The notes under the pieces: model-generated
The model's database searches: none
Seen by the model: only the letters and a program-made list of their open reading frames with translations
What the model was told of the DNA's origin: nothing
Program-made: the position numbers and the translations under genes
Assembly (NCBI GenBank): GCA_037308085.1
Contig: CP147779.1
Coordinates: 486,184-550,183 of the forward strand
Reading direction: 5' to 3'
From: Promethearchaeati archaeon SRVP18_Atabeyarchaeia-1
GTDB taxonomy: Archaea > Asgardarchaeota > Atabeyarchaeia > Atabeyarchaeales > Atabeyarchaeaceae
Length of the DNA stretch: 64,000 nt
Shown: positions 56,698-64,000 of the stretch, one piece after another
Layout: each line of letters starts with the position of its first letter
Numbering within the stretch: the first letter of the stretch is position 1

Positions 56698-57048
56698 GTG
56701 ACTTATTTGCCCAAGGAAGTGCTTGACGAAAGATCTGTAACCCTCGAAGAAGTCCAAGAGCTGCTGAAGGAGAACGAAAAGAGGGGAGAATTGAGTTACA
56801 TTCAGAGAGTAACACTGGACTATGCGATCAAGTTCTCTCAGCTTACTTTGGAGAATGCCAAGAAGCTAGTTGATGAACTTCGCGCGGAGTTTAATTTCGA
56901 TCTTGACACAGCGATACAGATCGCCAATTGCCTGCCTGCCTCTCTCAGTGAACTCAGGACCTTTATGGTCGGAACAAAGGAGAACGCGTTAGGTCAAGAG
57001 GAACTTGTGAAAATACTCGAGAAGATTAACAAAACAGCCTCCCGTTAA
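56698..57048 (+). CDS. rpoF: DNA-directed RNA polymerase subunit F (Rpo4)
   Basis: VTLEEVQELLKENEKRGELSYIQRVTLDYAIKFSQL. Sits in the conserved L21e-rpoF-DUF655-ksgA order. Confidence 0.75.
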   Translation: MTYLPKEVLDERSVTLEEVQELLKENEKRGELSYIQRVTLDYAIKFSQLTLENAKKLVDELRAEFNFDLDTAIQIANCLPASLSELRTFMVGTKENALGQEELVKILEKINKTASR

Positions 57049-57084
57049 GATATCCGTCACAGCTTGAGGGATGAGGGGGATATC

Positions 57085-57666
57085 ATGTACTCGACTGCCA
57101 GGAAATTCGAGGAAGTCGCTTATGTTCTCGATTTTCTGTTGCAGGGTCATCCAAGTGAGAGGATGCCCTCCTACCAAAGGGAGCAACTTGTCCAAGCCAT
57201 TGGAGAGCAATATTTCACACTTCTTGAACTTACCCCAAGGAGAGACGCGCAATTCACCGCGAGAGAGCGCCTTCTCATAGGAAAGGACGGCAATCAGAAG
57301 ATTGACCACGTTAGAGGCCGTATCCAGTACGATGACTTGACCGCTGGGGCCAAGAATGAGCTACCAGAAGTCGTCGAGAACATAATAGGCGCTGGGGAAG
57401 AGCGATTCACAAGATTCTTCAATACTGCTGGTCCAATAACCACAAGATTACACCAGCTTCAACTCCTCCCAGGCGTTGGCAAGAAAACCATGTGGGATAT
57501 TCTTGACGAAAGAAAGAAGAAGCCGTTTTCCGGCTTTCAGGATCTAGTTGGTCGTGTGCGCATTCAAGACCCGAAGAAGACAATCGCCAAGAGAGTACTG
57601 ATGGAACTCCAGAGTGAGGACAAGTATCAGATTTTCACTTGGAAATACAAAGCGCCTCAGCAGTAG
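57085..57666 (+). CDS. DUF655-family protein (helix-hairpin-helix-like)
   Basis: EEVAYVLDFL..G.............QAIGEQYFTLLEL.P........ER..IG..........I.Y.DLT..AK.ELP.VVE.II...E.RF..FFN.A.PIT.R.H.L.LLPG.GKK. Confidence 0.7.
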   Translation: MYSTARKFEEVAYVLDFLLQGHPSERMPSYQREQLVQAIGEQYFTLLELTPRRDAQFTARERLLIGKDGNQKIDHVRGRIQYDDLTAGAKNELPEVVENIIGAGEERFTRFFNTAGPITTRLHQLQLLPGVGKKTMWDILDERKKKPFSGFQDLVGRVRIQDPKKTIAKRVLMELQSEDKYQIFTWKYKAPQQ

Positions 57667-57700
57667 CCCGAAGAAGAGAAGAATTCCCGATGAGAGAACA

Positions 57701-58531
57701 ATGCAACCTAACCCACTCTCGGTCCGCAGAATTTTGACTGATAATAGGATAAGACCAACTAAGAGGAAGGGGCAACACTTCATATTAGATCAGGGCCTCG
57801 TTGAGAAAGAAGTCGGTTACGCCGAACTGAGAGCGTCTGATCGTGTTTTCGAAATCGGAGCGGGTCTGGGAGCGCTCTCGATGGCAATAGCGGCCAGGGG
57901 CAACGAGTTAGTCAGCATCGAGATAGACAGCAGGCTAGTCAAACTACTTTCGGCAACACTCAAGGAGCAAAGAAACCTTTCACTAGTTAGGGCAGACGCA
58001 CTTACCTTCGAACCGAGAGGGATCAACAAGATCATATCTAATATACCATACAACTTGTCTTCTAGCATCACCTTCAAAATCCTTGAATCAGAATTCGAGA
58101 CGGCGATTCTCACCTATCAGGTCGATTTCGCAAGGAGAATGATCGCCAAACCGGGATCGAAGGATTACAGTAGGCTTAGCGTGAATGTCTACTATAGAGC
58201 GGACGCAGAGATCATGGACAAGATACCGAGAAGTGCTTTCTATCCCATGCCATCTGTCGATTCTGCAATTGTGAGGTTACGGCGCCGGGAGACCCCTTTT
58301 TCCGTTGACGACGAGGGATTCTTCTTCAAGCTGTTGCGCGGGCTTTTCCCCTACCGGAACCAATTGCTGACCAAGGTAATGAAACGCTTTCTTAGGCTCA
58401 ACAGCTATGCCAACCTTGACGCCCTGAGAATAATGAAGGACGCAGGTGTAGATGACGATCGAATAAGGAACCTTCAGCCAGAATCGATCGCAAGGCTCTC
58501 AAATGTGCTATTTAATTCGGTTAATCGCTGA
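57701..58531 (+). CDS. rsmA: 16S rRNA (adenine1518/1519-N6)-dimethyltransferase RsmA/KsgA (Dim1)
   Basis: KRKGQHFILD, VFEIGAGLGALS, and ISNIPYNLSS (NxPY). Confidence 0.85.
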   Translation: MQPNPLSVRRILTDNRIRPTKRKGQHFILDQGLVEKEVGYAELRASDRVFEIGAGLGALSMAIAARGNELVSIEIDSRLVKLLSATLKEQRNLSLVRADALTFEPRGINKIISNIPYNLSSSITFKILESEFETAILTYQVDFARRMIAKPGSKDYSRLSVNVYYRADAEIMDKIPRSAFYPMPSVDSAIVRLRRRETPFSVDDEGFFFKLLRGLFPYRNQLLTKVMKRFLRLNSYANLDALRIMKDAGVDDDRIRNLQPESIARLSNVLFNSVNR

Positions 58532-59161
58532 TCTATTTCTTCCCAGCCTTGGAGGGTCCACTTGTTGCGCCGACAGAACCAAGAGTTTGTCGAAGAAAAT
58601 CTTCTTAGATCTCACCGTGGAGACTTCCATTCCCCTAATCCGAAGCCTTCTGATTGTCTTCTTAGCGCCACTGGACGGGTGAACGATAAGCGCTACCCCC
58701 CCTGCCTGTAGACGTCCAGACAGCTCATCGATGAATCTATCTATTACCACTCTTCCCCGTGGCCCACCTGCCCATGCCTTCTCCAGCCAACCTGCCCTGT
58801 ACTCGGAGGACTTTGTTCGCAGGTAAGGAGGATTGAACAAGACAATATCAAACAAAACACCTTCCCTAAGAGAGCTGAACAGGTCACCAGTGATCACACT
58901 CACCAAACCTGTTAAGCCATTCAACCGTACGTTTTTGGACGCGCATCTTGACGCATGTGGGTTTATGTCTATCGCCACAATTCTTCGCGCCCCGAGAAGT
59001 GCAGCCCTAATTGCTTGGATTCCCGTTCCAGTACCCATATCCAGAACCTGGCTACCTTTCTCCACCTTAATGCTTTCTTCCAGAAGAAACGAGTCATCAC
59101 TTGGAGAATATACTTCCTCATCCGAAAGGATTCTTGGATTCGGTCCTGAGTATTGCGCCAA
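58508..59161 (-). CDS. HemK/PrmC-related (Mtq2-like) N5-glutamine methyltransferase
   Basis: YSPSDDSFLL, VLDMGTGTGIQAI and the catalytic FNPPY. Confidence 0.7.
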   Translation of the reverse strand: MAQYSGPNPRILSDEEVYSPSDDSFLLEESIKVEKGSQVLDMGTGTGIQAIRAALLGARRIVAIDINPHASRCASKNVRLNGLTGLVSVITGDLFSSLREGVLFDIVLFNPPYLRTKSSEYRAGWLEKAWAGGPRGRVVIDRFIDELSGRLQAGGVALIVHPSSGAKKTIRRLRIRGMEVSTVRSKKIFFDKLLVLSAQQVDPPRLGRNRSAINRIK

Positions 59162-59183
59162 TGTTTAAACAGACTGCCCCCGT

Positions 59184-59816
59184 TCACTGAGTCTTTACAG
59201 TTTTCACCTCCGATGCGGCTCCGCGAGCTATGAGGACCAAAGCGTTTTCCTTTGGCAACGCAACGATGTCCTCCTGCTGAAATGGGCCATATTCCTCCAA
59301 GTCCACGCCGACCAGCTTTGGCATAGGTTGGAGCATGCGAAGCAACATCATTTCCGAGGATTCTCCCACATCAGTCGCAGTGTGCTCCTCCTCCCTGGGA
59401 ATGCTGATTGCCGTCCTTCCTTCTCCGCGCGGCGATTGCATCCGTTGTTGCACATAGTTACTCAAATCCCTGCGCAGATCTTCAATTAGTGATGTCTCTC
59501 CTGCAAGTAGGTTGGGAGCGATCTGCGCCGAGTCTTCAAGAGACAGTGACACGATCTTCTTGGCCCTGGTCTTGAGCAGAGTCCTTAGCATGAATTCCGT
59601 GTACTCTATCTCACGTTTCTTGGCTTGCTCCGTACTAGTGTCCTCGCCCCGTGTAGAGAGTGAAGACTTCAGATTTGATAGGTACACAGTAGCTCTCTCG
59701 AAAAAGTCGGACGGAAGAGGCTGGATGGCTTCCGAGTTTTTCTCGCGCTTCCAAGCATCAAAGATCTCCCCGTACAAGCTAATCCCAACCTTGTCAGTCA
59801 TCAGGATAGGAGGCAT
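59184..59816 (-). CDS. GINS complex subunit (Gins51-like)
   Basis: IQPLPSDFFERATVYLSNLK...EIEYTEFMLRTLLKTRAKKI, plus a C-terminal B-domain-like VDLEEYGPFQQEDIVALPKENALVLIARGAA. Adjacent to PCNA. Confidence 0.6.
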   Translation of the reverse strand: MPPILMTDKVGISLYGEIFDAWKREKNSEAIQPLPSDFFERATVYLSNLKSSLSTRGEDTSTEQAKKREIEYTEFMLRTLLKTRAKKIVSLSLEDSAQIAPNLLAGETSLIEDLRRDLSNYVQQRMQSPRGEGRTAISIPREEEHTATDVGESSEMMLLRMLQPMPKLVGVDLEEYGPFQQEDIVALPKENALVLIARGAASEVKTVKTQ

Positions 59817-59836
59817 TCCTCCTATTTCTGAGAAAC

Positions 59837-60604
59837 CTATTCGGCCTCACGCCTAGGTGCCAAGAAATAGGTTATGCGTCCGCCGCTTGAGATCCCTAGA
59901 TCTACTCTGAGTGGCATATTTGTGGAAAACTGAAGAGAAGCCGTTTCAGAGATCGAACTGGCTTTCATCATGTCGTTCAGGTAATTGAGAGCGTATATGG
60001 CATTTGACTCCTCCTTAACCTCCAATTCAAGCAGCGCTTCACTCCCCTTCCTGAACTCGATGAGTGCGTCCCCTGTATCGCCCGAGGCCTGCATTGTCAG
60101 CATATCCGGTTTCACAATTATCTTCACCTGGTCGCTAACTACGCCAGCATCCTTGATCGCCTCGCCAATAGCCTCAGTTGTTAGCTTTGCCGTCACATTG
60201 AACTCGACGCGAGGCGTCGGTAGCTCCTCCGACCCAAGATCTAGAAGTGATTGGCTGAAAGTTCTTGTTGATTTCCCGCGAAACCGAACAAGAAGTTTAT
60301 TGCTCTTGTCATCATGAACTAATTCAAGTGAATCACCCGAACCAGCGCGCCTCATGATTTTCCCCATTTCTTCCAGGTTTATCCCCATCTTCATCTCTGA
60401 GCTACATTGATACTCTTCAAAGGCATCTTTTGAAAGCTCAAAGTCGACCATCGCTACGCGAACGGGGTCCATTGCCCGCATCTTCAGGGCCGCTGGCGTG
60501 ACCATGAAGTTGGCTTGTTCCACCAATGTCGAGAGTGCTTCGATAACAGATCGCCACAGTTTTGCATCAGAGAGTACTGCTCTAAACAAATACAATTCCT
60601 CCAA
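59837..60604 (-). CDS. pcn: DNA polymerase sliding clamp PCNA
   Basis: FRAVLSDAKLWRSVIEALSTLVEQANFMVTPAALKMRAMDPVRVAMVDFEL....FEEY.C; 255 aa. Confidence 0.9.
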   Translation of the reverse strand: MEELYLFRAVLSDAKLWRSVIEALSTLVEQANFMVTPAALKMRAMDPVRVAMVDFELSKDAFEEYQCSSEMKMGINLEEMGKIMRRAGSGDSLELVHDDKSNKLLVRFRGKSTRTFSQSLLDLGSEELPTPRVEFNVTAKLTTEAIGEAIKDAGVVSDQVKIIVKPDMLTMQASGDTGDALIEFRKGSEALLELEVKEESNAIYALNYLNDMMKASSISETASLQFSTNMPLRVDLGISSGGRITYFLAPRREAE

Positions 60605-60666
60605 CTATCTTAGATGAGCCACAATCCATTTAAAGCCACAATAGTTTTGTGGAAACACTAATATAA

Positions 60667-61017
60667 TTATTTCCCGTGCTGGTCGTATGCGTTTACCCGC
60701 TTCTTTACTTGCTGCATTTCGTTGTAGATCTCAAAGTCAAAGTTGCTCATATCTTGGATGACTATTGGATCAATTTCTGGCATGTCACTATTCTCTTTTG
60801 CCGAAAAGTGTCCTATGACGCGTAGCTTCTGACCTTCTTTGTATTTACAGATGGATCTCACCAAAGCCCTGCCGCCCCCATCCCCTATTATGAAGGGATT
60901 CGTTTCAATAACCTGTGCGTAAACTCTAATGATCCGATCTGAATTGGAAACCTGCCCGATTTTCTTCACGATAGAAGCGCGACTGGATTTAGACAAAAGA
61001 ATGCGGGTCCCCCCCAT
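60667..61017 (-). CDS. Hypothetical OB-fold-like small protein
   Basis: 116 aa. VYAQVIETNPFIIGDGGGRALVRS...GQKLRVIGHF suggests an OB barrel. The family is uncertain. Confidence 0.3.
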   Translation of the reverse strand: MGGTRILLSKSSRASIVKKIGQVSNSDRIIRVYAQVIETNPFIIGDGGGRALVRSICKYKEGQKLRVIGHFSAKENSDMPEIDPIVIQDMSNFDFEIYNEMQQVKKRVNAYDQHGK

Positions 61018-61044
61018 CAGCTAATTCCCAAGAAAGCTCTGCGG

Positions 61045-61386
61045 TCAATATTCTCTCCACGTGTGCTTGCACTTAAGGCATCTGAAGAACAGCGTAGAAC
61101 CTTCATCTGCTGCCCTAGTCTGAACCTGCCAGTAGGCCGCCAAGTTGTTATGGCATTTTGGGCAGTCCACTTTGGCGGTAGGCATAGTAGCAAGATCCTT
61201 GGAATCACCTTCGACTACAGTTATCTTGTCGCGAGGCGTGTGCTTAATGCTCTCGTGCAGGACGTATGACTCTGGTTTGCTATTATCCTGTTCCGTGTAG
61301 CCACATTTGCGACACGCAAGTATCGTTTCCGATGCGTCCTTTCTTGGCATTAGAAGAGCCCCACATTTTGGACAGAAGCGTACCAT
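61045..61386 (-). CDS. tfs: Transcription factor S (TFS) / RpoM
   Basis: N-terminal Zn ribbon FCPKCGALLMP...CRKCGY. C-terminal CPKC......YWQVQTRAADEGSTLFFRCLKCKHTWREY, with the acidic hairpin. Confidence 0.9.
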   Translation of the reverse strand: MVRFCPKCGALLMPRKDASETILACRKCGYTEQDNSKPESYVLHESIKHTPRDKITVVEGDSKDLATMPTAKVDCPKCHNNLAAYWQVQTRAADEGSTLFFRCLKCKHTWREY

Positions 61387-61448
61387 AATACACACCTCGA
61401 AGTATGCGCACTCGACACAGCGAAGCCACTATCGTGGGCACTGCAACC

Positions 61449-61937
61449 TCACATAGAACCAATGCCCGGGCAAGAGTTATGGGTTTTTTGCTGATCACCG
61501 TCAACGGATCGAAGGTCAAGATTTTGCATTATTCTCTTCAACAAATTGGCAAACCCTCTGATGGCTGAGACCTCCTCCTTCTTTCGATCCCGCAAGTCAT
61601 CCTCCTTGAATTCTGATGCTACAACGCTTGCTGCATCTTCAATGTCGATTATCTTGTTCAGCCATGCCGATGCTATGATCGATTCGACAATGTCACCCAT
61701 CTGATCGGAGCCTGCTCTCTTAGGCGCAATCTTCCGAAATCCGGCCTCAGTCAATGCTAGCGACAGAACTTTGTCGGAGGCTCTCATACCTTCTGGTCTT
61801 CTCAAGACAAAGGAGATCGCGAGCGAAAGCACGAGATTTGTTATGCTATCACCCAGTCTGGCTAGACCTTTGTCATTTACTAGCGATCTAGGTGTTATAA
61901 CGCCAGATAGGGAATCCCTCTTCATCTGGAGACTCAT
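61449..61937 (-). CDS. Hypothetical protein with RNase III-like signature
   Basis: GLARLGDSITNLVLSLA resembles the RNase III xxLGDxxL motif, and a second helix GDIVESIIASAW resembles the catalytic-domain end. Weak call. Confidence 0.35.
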   Translation of the reverse strand: MSLQMKRDSLSGVITPRSLVNDKGLARLGDSITNLVLSLAISFVLRRPEGMRASDKVLSLALTEAGFRKIAPKRAGSDQMGDIVESIIASAWLNKIIDIEDAASVVASEFKEDDLRDRKKEEVSAIRGFANLLKRIMQNLDLRSVDGDQQKTHNSCPGIGSM

Positions 61938-61958
61938 CAGCGACTCTTCCTGATAATA

Positions 61959-62258
61959 TCACTTCTGTGATTCGACAGCTTTGGAGAATTTTTCGCTGAA
62001 CTCCCCAACTAGAGAGGCCATTTTAGATGACGCCTCGCCCAGTGTCTTCATTGCGTTCTTGCCGTCAGTCTTCAGAGCTAGGCGTGCGGCCAATTTCATC
62101 GGATGATCAATCACATAGCTGGCAAAGAGCACCTTATCGTCATCAAGAAGAGTATCGCGCAAAAGATTAAGGAGAGTGTGTCCTTCACCTTCTATGACGA
62201 CTTCCAAGTTATATTCCCCTTGATTTGTCGCGGTCACTTTCATGAGTTCTTCCTCCAT
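61959..62258 (-). CDS. rpoL: DNA-directed RNA polymerase subunit L (Rpo11)
   Basis: LEVVIEGEGHTLLNLLRDTLLDDDKVLFASYVIDHPM....L.LKTDG. Confidence 0.85.
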   Translation of the reverse strand: MEEELMKVTATNQGEYNLEVVIEGEGHTLLNLLRDTLLDDDKVLFASYVIDHPMKLAARLALKTDGKNAMKTLGEASSKMASLVGEFSEKFSKAVESQK

Positions 62259-62830
62259 TAGAAGAAGGGTTTACCATAATTCAGAGATAGTTTTCTTTCT
62301 TCAACATTGTAGCACGCCGGACATGAAAGCCTTGAGCCGCTTAACGCCAAAGGCGTGCCACAGCGTGAGCAAAGAGTGTAGAGAACCCCCAGGGTGCTTC
62401 CAGCGGTGGATAGCTGGTAAGGAAGATGCGATGCGTTGACTATCCTTGCCCTAACCACATCCCCTGGCTTGAACACCGAATCCATGCTGTCCGTGTATTC
62501 ATCGCTCACCTGTGATATGTGTATCAAGCCAGACGCCGACGTAGAAAGGCTCTGGCCTCTTATCCTCGCTATGCTAACCTCTGCCACCTGCTTATGGACG
62601 AACACAATCTTGCCTATTACTATATCTCCGTTATTAGGAGGAATGGGCTTGTTCAATCGCCTAAATACTTTGACTTTCTTCTCGACTTTGTCAACAAGGA
62701 TCACGCCAATCCTCGAAGAGAATATTGTGCCACCCTCTTCATAGGTTCCTTCTGAAGGCACGTACTCTTCAATGACGCCGATCCTGTCTCCCGGAACCAC
62801 TAGGTCTCCAGTACTCGCTTTTGCATTCAT
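62258..62830 (-). CDS. csl4: Exosome complex RNA-binding protein Csl4
   Basis: LVVPGDRIGVIEEY.P.EGTYE..G.I.S...G. S1 domain GDIVIGKIV.V....A.V.I. C-terminal Zn ribbon CSRCGTPL...LSCPAC. Confidence 0.85.
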   Translation of the reverse strand: MNAKASTGDLVVPGDRIGVIEEYVPSEGTYEEGGTIFSSRIGVILVDKVEKKVKVFRRLNKPIPPNNGDIVIGKIVFVHKQVAEVSIARIRGQSLSTSASGLIHISQVSDEYTDSMDSVFKPGDVVRARIVNASHLPYQLSTAGSTLGVLYTLCSRCGTPLALSGSRLSCPACYNVEERKLSLNYGKPFF

Positions 62831-63153
62831 ACGACTATTCCCCCGCTTAAGGCAACATGAACATATGTCAGTGAAACAGTCTATAGAGTAGAACTACTCG
62901 CTTCTCCTTAATGATTTCCCTCTCTGAAGCTAATGAATCTTTTTCACATCAACCATGAGAACAAGCCGAGCAAAAGGAAACAAGACCCTCTGCTCCGTCC
63001 CGTTCGGAAAATCCTGTTAGATGCAAAACTACCAACTATCCTCAAAACATATATGTCATTTGATCATTGCACTAATAAATCTAGTGGAGAACGGTTCTGT
63101 TAACTTGTTGGGTGATCGCTCTGGCTGTTAACCGTCGGGTGATGTTGAACGCA

Positions 63154-63684
63154 TCATAGCCTTGGTAGAATCTTTTCCCTTACGACTTTCTCTAGCTCAC
63201 TCGATTTGTCATAATCTTGCTCTGTGGTCTCGATCGTAGCTATGGCCCTGCCTTGCATCAAAGCGTCTTTCTCAGCCAAGTTATGAGTATTGGTCTTTCT
63301 GAAATATATAATGAAAACTTTGAAATGTTTCTCAAGCTCATCTATTGGGTTGAGAATGCACGCTTTGTTTATTTTCTTCCCTTGTCTTCTGTTGCCGAAC
63401 ATAGTGAATGGGATAATCAAAATGTATGGTTTGCTTGTTGCTTCTCTATTACATTCATCTATTCGTCTTTGAATGTTTTCTTGAACCTTATCAACATCAC
63501 AGAATGGTGATTGTTCTTGTGGTGAACCAAAGTTAACAGCACATACTATCTTGCCTTTGAATTTCCTTTCAACAAAGAAATCTGGGTTAGGAGAATCTTC
63601 TTCAATCCCAAAGAAACTTCTCATAGTAGTTGTTTTTCCGCTTTTAATCCCACCACAAAGAATGACGATGCTATTCGTATTTCC
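63154..63684 (-). pseudogene. P-loop NTPase gene lacking a start codon, probably 5'-truncated
   Basis: The reading frame extends upstream of the tracked Met as GNTNSIVILCGGIKSGKTTTM-RSFF... (Walker A GxxxxGKT). There is no ATG, GTG or TTG between the upstream TGA (63685-63687) and the P-loop. An IS6-like transposase gene ends 26 nt away. Confidence 0.45.
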
Positions 63685-63712
63685 TCAACAAAACTATGAT
63701 AGGAGACAGTCT

Positions 63713-64000
63713 TTAGCTTAAGGGTTTTCTATCCTGTTGGCTTGCGTTTTGGATGATTGTTAGCCACTTGTTGTCTCCTTTGACTTTGATTCCACACCTG
63801 TCTGCGGGCGTTTCTCCGTCTAAGGCTTCGTGTGGTCTAACGTAGTTGTGGAATATTTGATAGCCTTTGATGGCTGGCGTGTCTTTCTTCTTCAGCCCGC
63901 GCATGACTTTCTCCCTGTCTCTGACTTCGCCGTTCATTCTCTCCATCTTGTTATTATTGAGATCTCCCCTAGCACTAATGTGCTGAATATGCTTAGTTCT
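63713..64000 (-). mobile_element. IS6-family-like DDE transposase gene, C-terminal part (open to the window edge)
   Basis: The frame is open from the window end: ...HISARGDLNNNKMERMNGEVRDREKVMRGLKK...FHNYVRPHEALDGETPA. This matches the NNxxER...MRGxK...Y(N)xxRPHxxL tail of IS6-type DDE transposases. Confidence 0.6.

Noticed and set aside
63095-63145. Two direct repeats CTGTTAAC-N5-GGGTGAT. The second (GGCTGTTAACCGTCGG) nearly matches the anticodon arm of tRNA-Asn (GGCTGTTAACCCGTCGG), which might indicate an att-site remnant.
   Set aside because: The match is only about 16 nt and was found post hoc. No cloverleaf or further tRNA similarity surrounds it, and chance or an operator-like GTTAAC palindrome cannot be excluded.

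Overview
This is an archaeal chromosomal window. Most of it is dense information-processing genes. One accessory island lies at about 23.9-33.2 kb, between the hbd gene and tRNA-Lys, and a second accessory edge sits at the right end (P-loop gene remnant plus a partial IS6-like transposase). The core includes the rpoH-rpoB-rpoA1-rpoA2-rpl30e-nusA-rps7 cluster, aIF1A/2alpha/2beta/5A, Rio1, a KH protein, ribosomal proteins S27e, L44e, L21e and L10e, Nop10, SRP54, TrmY, Pus10, RpoF, DUF655, KsgA, PCNA, GINS, TFS, RpoL, Csl4, HisRS, SAH hydrolase and dCTP deaminase. An unsplit rpoB, two ESCRT-III-like genes and heavily intron-bearing tRNAs fit a TACK- or Asgard-like lineage, but I cannot assign the lineage from sequence alone.

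Main observations:
1. The adenosylhomocysteinase gene is interrupted by a 34-nt element that folds into a canonical bulge-helix-bulge (tRNA-type) splice motif. Excising it restores the frame and the conserved GHPSEVMDMSF motif, which makes it a candidate mRNA intron.
2. A peroxiredoxin-like thioredoxin-fold gene has one in-frame TGA exactly at the first Cys of the CxxC redox motif (U-P-Y-C), which makes it a candidate selenoprotein.
3. Four tRNA genes carry about eight introns, mostly at non-canonical positions.
4. rpoB and rpoA1 each carry a LAGLIDADG intein, and the two inteins look paralogous.
5. The accessory island is punctuated by at least seven same-orientation copies of a conserved intergenic repeat that ends in an oligo-T run and follows small gene cassettes (an MNT/HEPN toxin-antitoxin pair, a TnpB fragment, membrane proteins, CPBP proteases).
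6. A divergent RNase P RNA candidate lies in the nadK/aIF5A spacer.

All calls come from reading the sequence and the ORF translations. No database search was run.
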